Source of the DNA: Selaginella moellendorffii
Taxonomy: Eukaryota; Plantae; Lycopodiophyta
Assembly (NCBI RefSeq): GCF_000143415.4
Contig: NW_003314290.1
Coordinates: 1,284,932-1,348,931 of the forward strand
Reading direction: 5' to 3'
DNA: 64,000 bases
In this document: piece by piece, positions 1 to 12,175 of the stretch
Position numbering within the stretch: the first letter of the stretch is position 1
How the letters are laid out: each line of letters begins with the position of its first letter
Made by a program: the position numbers and the translations under genes
Notes under the pieces: model-generated
What the model was told of the DNA's origin: nothing
Database searches by the model: none
What the model saw: only the letters and a program-made list of their open reading frames with translations

Positions 1-1880
1 GGTTCTCGGACGTTACTTGAAGGTGACCATGCTGCTGTTACTTCATTATTGAAGCGGAAGAACCTGGTTGGTCGTACGGCTCGATGGGCTTTGAAGCTTC
101 AGATATATGATTTCGATGTTGTTCATCGCCTAGGGAGTTCTATGGCTGATGCTGATGCCCTTTCTCGAGCTCCTCTTCCTTCTCCACTCACTTCTCATGT
201 TTCTGACGAACCTGTTGTTCCAGCATCTGTGGATTTTCTAGATGAGGATTATGTGCCGTTGGCGGTTGCTGTCCTTGACGTTCAGTGTCCACAGGGCATA
301 GAGCAAGATCTACCTTCTCTTGATGAGGTTCGCGAGGCTCAAAAGATTGAGCCGTGGATTCGAAGGCTTTGAGATGGGTTTAAGAATCCTGCATCACTTG
401 CTGATGACTTACCTTTTCGGCATTTACATTCTCAATATCGCCTTGAAGATGGCCTTCTTTATTTTGTGGGGACGGATCCTGCTGATCATTTACGGCTGGT
501 GGTGCCTTTGGTGTTTATTCCGCGGTTTCTCCATGCCTACCATGATTCTCCTATTCTAGGTGGGCATATGGGACACCGTCGTGTCACCGAGAAGCTGCGC
601 AGATCTTTCTATTGGCCAGAGATGCGACGTGATATTATCCGGTATGTGTGTAGCTGCGTTTGGTGCCAAACTCGTAATACTCCCCCTTGTGCTGCGGAAG
701 GACGGTTGGAGTCAATTGCAGTTTCTCGTCCGTTTGAGTTGGTGGCGTTTGATCTTATGGGACCTTTTCCGCGATCGACTGCTGCCAATGAGTATGTTAT
801 TATTGCTTCTGACTACTTGACTCGTTGGGTGGAAGTTGGTGCTCTTGCTAGTGCTTTTGCAACTGCTGTTGGATACTTCCTCCTCAATCGAGTGGTGTTC
901 CAGCATTCTTGTCCAGAGCGGATTCTTTCGGATAATGGTCCTGCATTTATGGCTGAGGTATTTCATGTTTTGACATCTCGGTTGGGGATACGCCACACTT
1001 TTACGAGTGCTTATCATCCACAATCAGACGGTCTGGTGGAACGGCTCGTTCGGACATTCAAAGGGATGATTGCGAAGTATGTGAACTTTCAACATTTGGA
1101 TTGGGATGGTTATTTGCCGTCTCTTCGGTATGCCTATGTCACAGGGGTGCAGAGTTCTGTTGGTGCTTCACCATATAAACTTCTATATGGTCATGATCCA
1201 ATATTACCAACAGAGCTGGGTTTACCTTCGCGATTGCCACGAGCTCCTGATGCTAGGTCATGGGATCAATATTTGACAAGCATTCTTCCACTTGTCCGAG
1301 CAGAGTCTGCTGAACACTTAAGCCGCGTACAAGTGGGACAACAACGGCGTTACAATTCCCATCATCGTCCACCTGCGGAGTACAAAGTGGATGATTTGGT
1401 GTTAGTCCGTTTTCCCCATCTTACGGTACGTGGTTCATCTAAGGGGCTCCTTGCGCAGTGGAAAGGACCGTATCGGGTGTTGCGGCAAGTTGGACCACAA
1501 GTTTATGAGGTTCGGCATGACGTTTAGCAGGCCGATCCTCCGGAGATTGTGCATGTGCAGCGGTTAAAACGCTTCATACAAAGGGATCAGGAGCAGTTAA
1601 TACCATCTACAGATCCACCAATGCCTCCTCCTGACGTTCCTCCAGATCCCGGCCCATCTACAAGAGAACCCTGACGGCCTTCCATTATTCCGAGAGGAAG
1701 GGATGATGTGAGGGCCAAGTGTACGGCTACGATGCCGTATACTAATATTAGCGTAGTGGATTTTGGTAGCCGTCGGATTGGTTTCAATCCGGACCACTCG
1801 CTCCTGTATATAAGCTAGGGTTTTTGGGCTAATTGATATGCACATTTCTGTATTCCCTTTCCATATTCCATGCACTCACA
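1..1880 (+). mobile_element. 3' part of a Ty3/gypsy LTR retrotransposon (family A, short LTR): RNase H end, integrase, PPT, 3' LTR
   Basis: ORFs 49-372 and 466-1527 share one frame: RWALKLQ.YDFDV.HR.G...ADALSR, integrase zinc finger (H..GHMG..C..C) and core (FDLMGP, SDNGPAF, YHPQSDGLVER), then GPY motif. PPT GAGAGGAAGGGATGA at 1692-1706 precedes the LTR. In-frame stops at 370-372 and 1525-1527. Confidence 0.95.
1707..1880 (+). repeat. LTR of family A (174 bp)
   Basis: TGTGAG...CTCACA inverted termini directly after the PPT; homologous copies at ~17105-17256, 29078-29259, 52558-52733 and 57412-~57590. Confidence 0.92.
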
Positions 1881-2479
1881 ATTATTAATTAAATATTTCT
1901 TATTTATAAAGATTTGCTATACATGGTAAGCAGGGTTCTAAATATTAAAAAAAGTTAAAAGTAACAATTTTATTCAAGATTACACAATGTAAACTTCAAA
2001 TCTTGCTTTTTCTTTTTTGTTTTCCATCTCAAAACTATTGTTTTTAATAATGTCATAAAAACATTAGATAAAGAAAATAACTATTACCTTCTTAGCTAGA
2101 TTATCAAGTTTTTAATGTCCCAGAAATTTTATTTATTTGGGATTCTATAAATGCTTCAAAGTGTGTTTTTGACTGTTTTTTTTCATTCACTTCATTTTGT
2201 ATTTTTGATTGATTGTTGACTATTGTATTTGTATACTAAATTAACATTACAGAGACAGCACAAGTTCCAAATCTCACAAGGAAAAATAGGGTGATGGTTT
2301 AAAATAAGCTAGAATTGATTAGGGTGTTTAAAAGTGTTTATAAATGATAAACACAAGAATAATGGTAGAATATCCCAAATATTCAAGCATATAGGTATAT
2401 CTATTACCATTTACTTTCTAGATTTTAAATATGATTTATTTTCTTTTTACTAAAATTATAAATAAAAGATTAAATAGAT

Positions 2480-2700
2480 TGTTGGTTTGCTTAAGAAAAC
2501 AGTGAATATATCTAGAATATACTTGGATAATTTAAAATATTCTACCATCTAATGGTTGTTATTCAATTTTGTATTTTTAATTTATAAACGTTCTTAAGAA
2601 CTTCCTAGTATATTCTTGTTTATTCTTTCATTTGTTTATAATTTTTGATCAATTGGATTATTTAATACTATCATTAAACCATGCAACGCAGCAAATTATT
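2480..2700. repeat. Dispersed AT-rich repeat, inverted homologue of ~36500-36850
   Basis: Motifs such as ATTCTACCATCTAATGGTT, CTAGTATATTCTT and TGATCAATTGGATTA occur as reverse complements at ~36500-36850. Confidence 0.65.
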
Positions 2701-4584
2701 AATATAATATTTGTTCTATAACCCAATTGTGTAGCTTTATTTCAAGAAAAATAATCATTAAATTGCTGAATTGCTTATGCATTGTCGGTGAGCCGCTTGC
2801 ATCCTGGAACAAACAAATCGGGGGGAGAGAGAGACAGACAGAGAGGCCTGCCCGTCCAAGAAAGCCAAGAACGAAATGAGGCTCGAAATCTCCAGTTCTG
2901 CTCGTCAGAATCATTGCTTCGATTGCTATGGATGCGTCGTCCTCTCGTCGCGATTGCGGAGCTTTTCAAGCGAGAAACACCAATCCTGACGCAGGCATCA
3001 ACGGCATCCGACACGCAACCGACGGCAGAGAACTCAGGCTCAGTGGCACAAGCATGTTTCATTGCTTAATTGTTTCTCTCGAGCAGTCTAGCTCTGCTAT
3101 TGCTGAAGAAAAATGACAAACAAAAAAGAAATATTCAATGGCTAACAATCTTACCTGTTTCTTCGTGATGGCCAATTCTTGTGCAAACTTCAGTTTTTTC
3201 TTCTTTTCTTGGAAACTTACAAGCATTCAAGCTTACATCCTGGCAAAGCCAAAGAGATTGATAGAGCTTACGGGTTGTGCAAATTAGCGAAGAGCCATAA
3301 CAACTGCCCTCATTCCCGAGAGCTCGGGGCTGCGTTTTAGAGTTGTTGCGCAAGGAACCTCCTTGCTTTTCTCGCTGGCACTGTTGTCCTCGTCTAGATC
3401 CATCGGGAACTCTTGGAGATCATCGTCTTGAAACTGGCCTGTTATCGGAAGCGTTCCTGGAAAACAGCACTGTAACTTGGTGAGAAACTGGCAGAGAAAA
3501 ATGGTGGTTACGAGCTTGCCCTAGGTGACGGTCAAGAGAGTAATGAAATATCACACATGAAAGGTATTCAAGCCCGGCTAAGAAAATGAACGAGCAAGAA
3601 AAGAAAATATCGCACCAAAAATCGAACCCGTCAATCCATCCTTGGAAACATGACTCGCGCGCTTTGAGAATCACGAGTGACCAGGATTCACTTTGCTACA
3701 ATCAATTTAACAAAAAACCTATTCTAAGAAAAGATTTCTTTCTAGTTCAAAGTGTTTTTCATATAGGAAGCTGGCCATGCATCCCAGCGCGATTGGTATC
3801 GCCCCGCGAGAGTGCTTGGCCAGTTTCTCGCCGGTGTGGCCAGGATGTTCGAATCAACATATACTTGCGCAAATTTCCACTGCCACTGGAATTATGTGAT
3901 CTCTGCCTCTTGATCGTCGAGAATTCCGCCTAAATCTCGCTAGTAACACTCCAGATCCTCCAAACCCCCCAGCAACGGGCTCGGCCTCGCAAAGAAATGC
4001 TACCGAAATCGATCAATCCGTGAACAACTGCGAGCAGACAGTGACCATGAGCGTGCACGCATAGTTCAGTGGATGAACTTGATCCGCCAGAGGAAGCTCA
4101 TGCCCTGAACGTTCATGCTTTTCCTTTCTCTAAGATTATAACCCGCCTGGTTCTCGAGTTTGATTACAAATCTTGCAAACCAAAAGCATGAAGTACCTTC
4201 AGTTGCAGCTGGTTGAAGAGCCGAGCTGTTTCTCTACTCGAAAATGCACAGCACCTGACTGAAATCTCCTCCTCCACAGGTGTGACAGGTCTGGAAATCA
4301 GTTCTAGCCTGTGTTGAAGCTCTCTTTGACTCTGCTGGCTCGACCACCAAACGCGTTCTCCTTTGTAAGAATATAGCAGCAAACTCTGTATGATTTTAGG
4401 ATTTTACCTCTGGGAGTCACTCTCATTTCCCACTTCAAGAGTCACTCTCATTTCCCGCCCATTTTTTCAAATCGCTAAATTGAGAGAGAGAGAGAGAGAG
4501 CTTCATTAGCATATACTCAGATAAACGTTTCTACCCAGATTTAAACGGCAAGTAGATTTCAAAGGGGAATATCCGTTAGGGTTT

Positions 4585-6726
4585 ATGCCACTGATCCACG
4601 CCTACGCCCGGGCGATTCGGCAGTGCGCCGCCAATCTCCCCGACGCGATCTCTCTCCACTCTTGCATTGCGGCGGCCGGATTCGGCACGGATCCAGATCT
4701 CGGAGCGCTGCTCATCCAGCTCTACGCCAAGTGCGGCAGCGTCGATCGAGCTCGATCCCTGTTTGAATCACTGCCCCGGAAGAGCGCTCTGTGCTGGAAT
4801 TTCGTCATCGGCGCATACGCGGGCAATGGACGAGGGGACGAATCGCTGTATCTCTTTCGGCGAATGGCACTCGAGGGAGAGAGGCCCGACCGGCACACGT
4901 TTGTTCGAGTTCTTGGAGCTTGCACGAACACGGCTCAAGGTACCGCAATCCATCGCCATATCTCTTCCTCGGAGCTGGAATTTGATCTCATGCTCCAAAA
5001 TTCTCTCGTGGCGATGTATGGCAGACACGGGAGGGTCGATCTCGCGAGGTCCGTGTTCCAATCCATTCCGGAGAAGAGCCTGGTATCCTGGAACGCGATG
5101 ATCACCGCATATGCCCGCAACGGGCATTCGAGAGAAGCCGCTCATGCTTACAACGAGATGATCTCTACCGGCATTGAGCCGAATCAGATCTCGTTTTCCA
5201 GCGTTCTCGGGTCTTGCGACGATCTGGAGCTGGGGCAATCAATCCACGCGAGAACTCTGGCGGAGTTTCCTGCGATTTTCTTTGAGGCAATGGCGCAAAC
5301 CTCGATCGTAAGCTTCTACTCGAGGCTTGGCCGTGTGGAGATCGCCAGAGCTTTCTTGGAGGAGACAAAGGTGGCGCTCCGTGGAACGCTATGATCGCTG
5401 GGTATGCCCAGCACGGGCTTGTCAGGGAAGCTCTCGGGGCATACCATTCCATCGACTTGGAGGGGCAAGAGCCGAATCACAGGACTCTCACCACGGTTCT
5501 TGGTGCCTGCTCGAGCTCTAGGGACTTGAAAACCGGAAAGATGATCCATTCGCGAGCTATTTGCTGTGGATTCGACAAGGAAGATCAAGCTCTGCAAGTA
5601 GCTGTTGTGAACTTCTACGTGAAGTGCGGGGCAGTGGCCGATGCTCGACGAGTTTTTGATGGCATCGCACAGAAGAGCGTCGTGGTACATACTGCCATGA
5701 TTGGTGGATATGCACAACACGGGCATAGCCGCGAGGCACTGGAGATCTACCATGCGATGAACGTTCCGCCCAACAGAGTGACATACTCCACTGTTCTAGC
5801 TGCGTGCTTGACTTTGGAGCAAGGAAAGGCGATCCACCAGCGAATTCTTGCAAGTAAGCTCGAGAACTCTGGCCTTGTTTTGGAGACTGCTTTGGTGAAG
5901 ATGTATACTAGCTTTGATGACTGTGCTTCTGCCAGGGGCGTGTTTGATCGAATGGAGCGGCGAGACTTGGTGGCATGGAACACGATGCTCGGTATGTCCA
6001 GAGCGGTCAAGGGAAAGAAGCGCTGGAGCTGTATGAGATATGAAGATGGATCCCGACTCCACAACTCTGTCGACGCTTCTCGGTGCGTGTTCTTTGCTGG
6101 GAGATTTGTCATCCGGTAAGATCTTTCATGAGCTCCGGATCGAGAGAAAGATGATGCAAGCTGACGCGTTCCTTTGCAGCTCGCTGGTGAACATGTACGC
6201 CAAGTGTGGGAGCGTCGGGACCGCGAGAGAAGTTTTTCACGCATTCCGAGCTGGTTTTGGCGCATCGTCCGTGCTCTGGAACACAATCCTCGCGGCGCTG
6301 GCTCACACCGGAGACTCAAGCCAGAGCCTGGAGTTGCTGCTGGAAATGGAGCTGGAGGGTGTGACCCCGGACTCGACCACTTTCGTGTGTGCTCTCGTGG
6401 CCTGCAACCATGCCGGGCTTCTCCAGCGGGGTAAGCTCTTGTTCCAGATCTTGGTGTTGGATCACTCCTCGCGGCCGAGCTTGGAGCACTTCCTGTGCAT
6501 GGCTGATCTTCTAGGACGAGCAGGGCGCGTGGATTTTGCTCGGGAAGTGGTGGAGGGAGAAGCGGATGCTGTGGCTTGGAAGGCGCTGCTGGGATCATCC
6601 AGAGGTAGCATCGATCTGGAAAAAGCGGCTTTTGCCGCACAGAGGCTTGTGGAAATGGACGAGGAGCTTGGACAGGCTTTTGTGCTGCTCTCCAATGCTT
6701 TCTCCTCGGACTCTCACGTTTTGTAG
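4585..6726 (+). pseudogene. PLS-class PPR gene with C-terminal E domain, frameshifted
   Basis: PPR motifs (LYAKCGSVDRARSLFE, VSWNAMITAYARNGH, LVNMYAKCG, HFLCMADLLGRAG, AWKALLG) are split over three ORFs (4585-5394, 5391-6119, 6040-6726). Frameshifts near 5370 and 5995-6040, with no intron signals. Confidence 0.88.
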
Positions 6727-7027
6727 TTTAAAAGTGAGCGCCATGGACTTTGGGACGAGTGGGACAAATAGGATGTTGCATTGCGAGGAGTTGACGAGGA
6801 AAACGAGCAAGAGAAACCAAAGCCAGTGGCATCAAAGTCTAAAGAAAATGACTTTGTGGCCAAAGGTGTTCCACAGAGGCATTCTTCAATCTAAGCTTCC
6901 ATCATCAATAACTAATCCAAAACCTTGGCGAGCCTTTGAGAAAAGGTATGTTAAAAGAGCAGTATATAAAGTATATTCTCAACTGAAACGAGAATAAATA
7001 CGTGTCTCGTGGCAAGGATTAGGGTAA

Positions 7028-8174
7028 ATGGAGAGACTGAGGAAGGTGCTGTGGCAGAGGGACTTGGCTATGGCGCACCGCAGGGAGCTGGCCGGTAAGA
7101 GCAAATTGGTTAGAGATCTTGCCGAGTCGTGGGAGCATGAGCGCGAGGAAGCCTATCTAGTGTCCAGGTGCCAGACCAACTTTCTCTTCGACTGGGGCGG
7201 ACTGGGCAAGCTGGGCCGTCTCATCCAGCTTCTCTACTGTGGTCGTCTCTTTGACAGCCTTCAAGAGCGCGAACTCTACCTCCGGCTAGATCCCACAAAC
7301 GGTGTCACTGACGAGGATCTTCGCTACATCTCATTGCTTTCTCTTCGCGTCTTACAATCTTCCCAGCTGGAGGAATTCGAAGCATCCCCAGCCATTCCAA
7401 TCCTAGACCGGATCATGGGCTCGGCCTACTTCCACTACGAGCAGCCCTCCCGATGCAGCCAGACGGTGCGCTGCATCACGCGGCTCTACAGGAAGAAGAA
7501 GGACCGAGTTCTCCTGCGACTGCTGCGAGATGTGCTCCACGAGTACAAGGTAAGTGGCTACGTCTTCCGGTGGAAGGGGCTCCCCGAGTACTGCCATGCG
7601 TACCCGCCGCCAACCGGTACGTGCATCGACGACGTGCACGCCCTCTCCCAGTTGATCCAGGCGATCAACACTAGCCCTTTTACCAGCTTGCTCTTGACTG
7701 CAAGGCCACCAGAGTCCATCAGTCCCCACGACCATGCTTTGATAGTAAGCAGTTTCTCGTTCCAGTGATATGTAGTTAACGCCTTGTGCAGACATGCATG
7801 TACCACGGTTACTGCTGGATGATCAACACCCGGCTGCCGGTGTACAAGGCCCTCCCTGACTTGTCATACTCGGCCCTACGTTCTGGGCCGGAAGACCAGA
7901 TTCTTGTTGCAGCAGCGGAAAACATGTAAGGAAACACCATCGAATTACCCTCTCTAACTCATTCCTTTCTCTGTTGGTCCAGGTATATGATGGAGCGAAT
8001 ACCCAATTATGTTGAGGTCTGTAAGCGAATGGAGCTCCTGCAGGCGAAGCTGGTCAGTCTTCCTTGCTTTTTCTCCAGTCTCATGATCTTGCTCTGTCTG
8101 CAGTATGGTGTGGATTTGGAGGATGCTGTCCTGGAAGCCTATGTAGTTCCGAAACGTTATAAGTGCTTTTTATA
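7028..8174 (+). CDS. Uncharacterised, probably multi-exon gene
   Basis: 246-aa GC-rich ORF 7028-7768, followed by short GT-AG-bounded segments (e.g. GT at ~7926, AG at ~7982, AG at ~8103). No family recognised; start and exon structure uncertain. Confidence 0.45.
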
Positions 8175-9337
8175 ATGGCGGATTCGAATGACGCTAATTG
8201 CTTCAGAATTATAAAGTATATTCTAGGATGTTCCTCAATCTAATGGCCGCCCTTAAACTCAATGAATGTTATACCAATTGTTTGAATAGAATATGAAAAA
8301 ATGGTGCAAATTGCTATGACGAGCCCAATCAATTCGTACACAAATCCCCCAAGCGCTGCCGCTATCATCGGTTGCTGCAAGAGCAGTCTCAAAGAAATTT
8401 AAAGATCAGAAAACAAAAAGACATTCCTAAATAGAGCGGTGCGTTTTTAACATCAAAATACCTGTAGTGTTATAAGCAGGTAAAAATCTGTCGTAAAGTA
8501 AAGTTGTAATGGAACTTACTACAGCTTCTTTAGGCTTCGCAGGCAGCACATAGAGCTTCTTTGTTCTTCGATAACAGATACATGAAGCTTGGTGGTTTTT
8601 CATACCTTGATAGGATCGTAAATCTAACTTTAGGAACTGAGCTTTCCTGAAAGCCATCACAGCAGCTTCGGAGTGGTAAAAAATAAAACATAGATTCCCT
8701 TTCAAAAAGAAAATTATCAGACCTTCATAAGAGGTGAACACTGAAAGCCAACACGGATTAATCAATATGATTTCTGAAGAAAGCTTGTAACTGAGGGTGT
8801 TTTCCATAAAAACACATTGCACTGTTTCCGCCATTTAATATTTTAGAATATTTAAAAGCCCAGATGAGGGCATCTCGAATAAATTGATGGATTAGTATAA
8901 TTCAAACACAAATATAAATATAAGTAGATAATGCACTAAATCCAAGAATCATTTGAACATGTATTTAGGTTATATATAAATAAGTTAAAGGTTTTATGAT
9001 ATGAACGTCTTGAGGTGTGAAATCCAAGATCCATAATTTCTCCCTTCTGGTTTTCAGTGCTCAATCTTTTAAGTTTGCTGAGTCTATCTGGGCCTGAGCT
9101 TCGATGCTTAGGATGGATGATCCAGCAGCCGCCTAAAACGGCATCTCATCGGATTTCTTCCCTGGGGCCAATATCTATCGATCTGTCGAAAAGAGCTCAA
9201 AAACGTACAAAAGGAATGAAAATACAATTGTATTAACACAGGACTTACTTCAGAATCATCAAAAACAGCCGTCTTCATCAAGTTCTTCTCCTGCTACAAC
9301 CATTTGGAAAGAAGTTGATAACATTAGGGTTTTGGGA

Positions 9338-10916
9338 ATGTCATATTTCTTGTGGTTTTTGGTGGTGCTTTTGGCGAGCGCAAGCGACGCTGCTGAGAAT
9401 GTAGAGTTGTCCCAGGACTGGATCAAGGGCGTTCGCCGGAGGATTCACGAGAATCCGGAGCTAGGGTTTGATCTGGTCGAGACGAGCGCGCTGGTGAGGT
9501 CGGAGCTCAATGCCATGGGCGTCGCCTACCGCTGGCCCGTCGCGAGCAGCGGCGTCGTCGCTTCCGTGGGGAGTGGCGATCGGCCATTTGTAGCTCTTCG
9601 CGCGGACATGGATGCGCTGCCTATCCAGGTAATCGCAGTTTAAATCTCTGTAGAGCGTTTGCTGGAGTTTTTTCGTGATGTTCTTGGTAGGAAGCGATGG
9701 AATGGGAGCACAAGAGCAGAGTTCCTGGAAGAATGCACGCCTGTGGACACGATGCGCACGTAGCGATGCTCTTAGGTGCTGCAAAGCTTCTTACACTACA
9801 TCAAGAACAGCTCCAGGTTTTTTTTTTCTTCTCTTTTATTTGCTTGGAAAGCTTTCTCAGTTGGATTTCTTTTTTGCCTTCGTGCTAAAGTATTGCGTTT
9901 GCATTTTCCTCTATTTATCTTCTTCGTTTCGAAGCTGAGTGTCCCTTTATGTGGCCAGGGGACAGTGCTGCTGATATTCCAACCAGCTGAAGAAGGTGGT
10001 GGTGGTGGAAAAATGATGGTCGAAGAAGGAGCTCTTGGTGATGCCGAGGCCATTTTCGGGATCCATGTCTCGACCGAGTACGCGACTTCCACAATTGCTG
10101 CGAAGCCAGGCGTTTTGAAAGCAGCTGCTGGATCTTTCGAGGCAGTGATATCGGGAAAGTCTGGTCATGCTGCCGATCCCCACCTCGCTGTGGACCCGAT
10201 CTTGGCAGCGTCCGCGACAGTCATGAGCTTGCAGCAGCTGGTCTCTCGAGAATTTCATCCTTTAGACTCACAGGTTTGTTTCTCTCGGTCTCTGTTTTGT
10301 TAGGATTTGTTTAGGTACTTACAAAGCCTATCACAGGTTGTCTCTGTGACAAAGTTCCACTCTGGTAGCAGTTTTAACGTCATACCCGATCACGTCGTAA
10401 TCGGTGGGACTTTACGAGCATTCACCGACGAAAACTTCATGAAGCTTAAGCAAAGGATCGAACAGGTACTGGATTTTTCCAGCTGCTTTCTCAAATCATT
10501 TTCCCCAGGTTATCATTGCACAAGCCGAAGTTTACAGATGCTCGGCCCAAGTCAGTTTTATGGAACCATCCTATCCCGCGACCGTGATCGATGAAGAAGC
10601 CTACCAGCTTGTCCGGGACGTTGCGTCCGACATGTTGGGGGGAAGTAACGTATTCGTGGCAGAGGCTTCCATGAAAGGAGAAGACTTTGCCTTCTATCTC
10701 CAACAAGTTCCTGGTGCTTACATCTACTTGGGAATCCGGAACGAGACACTGGGCTCCGTGCATCCAAATCACACTCCTCACTTCACTGTGGACGAGGAGT
10801 CTTTGCCGTTAGGTGCGGCTTTGCTCACAGCAGTAGCAAAGGAGTTTCTTCGACGAAAATCCAGCGAAGCCAAGCCAAGGATGACGCCATCTTGGCTCTT
10901 TCAGTATCGTAAGTAA
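9338..10916 (+). CDS. ILL: IAA-amino acid hydrolase ILR1-like (peptidase M20), 5 exons: 9338-9628, 9691-9816, 9959-10273, 10337-10465, 10509-10916
   Basis: Signal peptide; motifs [64 protein letters not shown]; canonical GT-AG introns keep the frame. Confidence 0.95.
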
Positions 10917-11707
10917 AGTATTTTGTGCTGTTCTTATTACAGATTTTATTCCTGACGGCAGATTAAGCCGGCGGCTGGTCCCGATCAGATCTACAAGCTG
11001 TCGACGTGGACTGGAGTAGAGGGTGGGATTTCAATCCTGTAGCTGTTTCATGTCCGCTCAAGGTGGGTGAGCTAAAACTTTGTTGATGGTGTTTTTCATA
11101 GCTCATAGTCCTTGGTATCCCAGTATTTTGAGCCTTTCAGCTCCAAAACAGTGCCCCTGCGAGATCGTCAAAGCCTGCTGCCGCTCCATTTTGGACTTGC
11201 GCTGCTCGAAGAGAGAAAATCGTCTCCCTCAGCACACTGTCATCATGGACAAGGAAGACGTAAGCAAACTTATCAGTGTCCAGGCACGACTAGAGCGATC
11301 CAAGTTTTATTAGTCGTGTTTTTTTTGCGTTTTTAGAGCAGCTCTCTCACTCATTAGTTGACTTGTCGTGCTTTGCCAGAATCCTCATAATTTCATGAGA
11401 ATCATGCCTCGGGGGGAAGTATGACGTGCCATGGGCTTGCCATGCACGGGCTGGACGGACGGCCCTGATGTGATCCCCGGGATCGTGCGAGGGGCCATAA
11501 TGTTTGGGGAGGAGTTAGCAACCGAGGTTAGTGGACAATTTAAGTAATTTCTCCCACCATATATCGCTCACAAACAGTTCGCTCTCTGTTTTTAAATTTC
11601 AAAACAGGCTACCAGAAAAGAGACGGTCTCTCGCTCTCTTTCTCTCTCTCTCTCTCTCGCTCGCTCGCTCGCTGCCGTGTTGGGCCCGTCCAATTCTACT
11701 CTCGACA

Positions 11708-12175
11708 ATGGCCGGCTCTATCAAATCTTTGCTCCTTTCGCTGCTGCGTAAGCTCTCTTTTGCCTCATTTTGGCTGTTTGGTTCTTGTGTAATTCTGCTC
11801 AGCTCTTGTTGGAAGAAACAGCAGTTCTAAAGCTTGTCCTTTTTTGTTCTTCCTAGTGCTCGTCTTTGCTCAAATGTCCTCGTTGGGCGCAAGGGTGATG
11901 ATACAGGAGGAAACCACGTCTGCCATGATCACAGGCTTTGCGAGTGAGTTCTTGCTCTTTTGGGGGATTTGGTTTGATTTATTTTGGCTGTTGCTCGGGA
12001 ATTAAAACATCTTTGGTTTCCAGGAGATTTGAATCGCCAGCAGCAGCAAGAATGGATGGGATGGGACGATTGGGAGGAGACGGAGCTGGAGATTGACGGC
12101 GCTGGAGAGGATTTCCCTCAAGAACGTCCTCATTCCTTCTACCACGCCCATCGAGACAGCGTCAACAGGTTCTGA
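11708..12175 (+). CDS. Small secreted protein / peptide precursor copy 1 (92 aa), exons 11708-11747, 11857-11943, 12024-12175
   Basis: GT-AG phase-1 introns give MAGSIKSLLLSLLLLVFAQMSSLGARVMIQEETTSAMITGFARDLNRQQQQEWMGWDDWEETELEIDGAGEDFPQERPHSFYHAHRDSVNRF. Hydrophobic N-terminal signal; same exon layout as the paralogue at 34696-35168. Confidence 0.8.

Noticed and set aside
1597-1875. Antisense ORF over the LTR/PPT, recurring at 57302-57631
   Set aside because: The recurrence is explained by TE homology; non-ATG or microsatellite-derived starts and no coding signature.
2775-4382. Minus-strand exon-like segments with GT-AG signals and overlapping ORFs on both strands (2775-3069)
   Set aside because: I could not build a stop-free spliced model or recognise a family; probably a decayed or lineage-specific gene.
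4414-4458. 18-bp direct repeat GAGTCACTCTCATTTCCC with an E2F-like TTTCCCGC
   Set aside because: A single short motif upstream of a pseudogene; cannot be distinguished from chance or slippage.
5747-6640. 297-aa antisense ORF and other long shadow ORFs over PPR, ILL, SFT2 and eRF1
   Set aside because: Expected by-products of GC-rich coding sequence on the opposite strand.
4585-6726. Programmed frameshifting in the PPR gene
   Set aside because: At least three independent indels with no slippery sites; ordinary pseudogenisation or assembly error is more likely.
8240-8660. Possible small thylakoid-type protein on the minus strand (…ETALAATDDSGSAWGFVYELIGLVIAIC…)
   Set aside because: In-frame stop and no consistent splice path; homology not recognisable.
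10873-10897. AGCCAAGGATGAC matches the 5' part of miR169 and forms a tiny hairpin with CATCTTGGCT
   Set aside because: Only 13 nt match, it lies within the ILL coding end, and the stem is far too short for a pre-miRNA.
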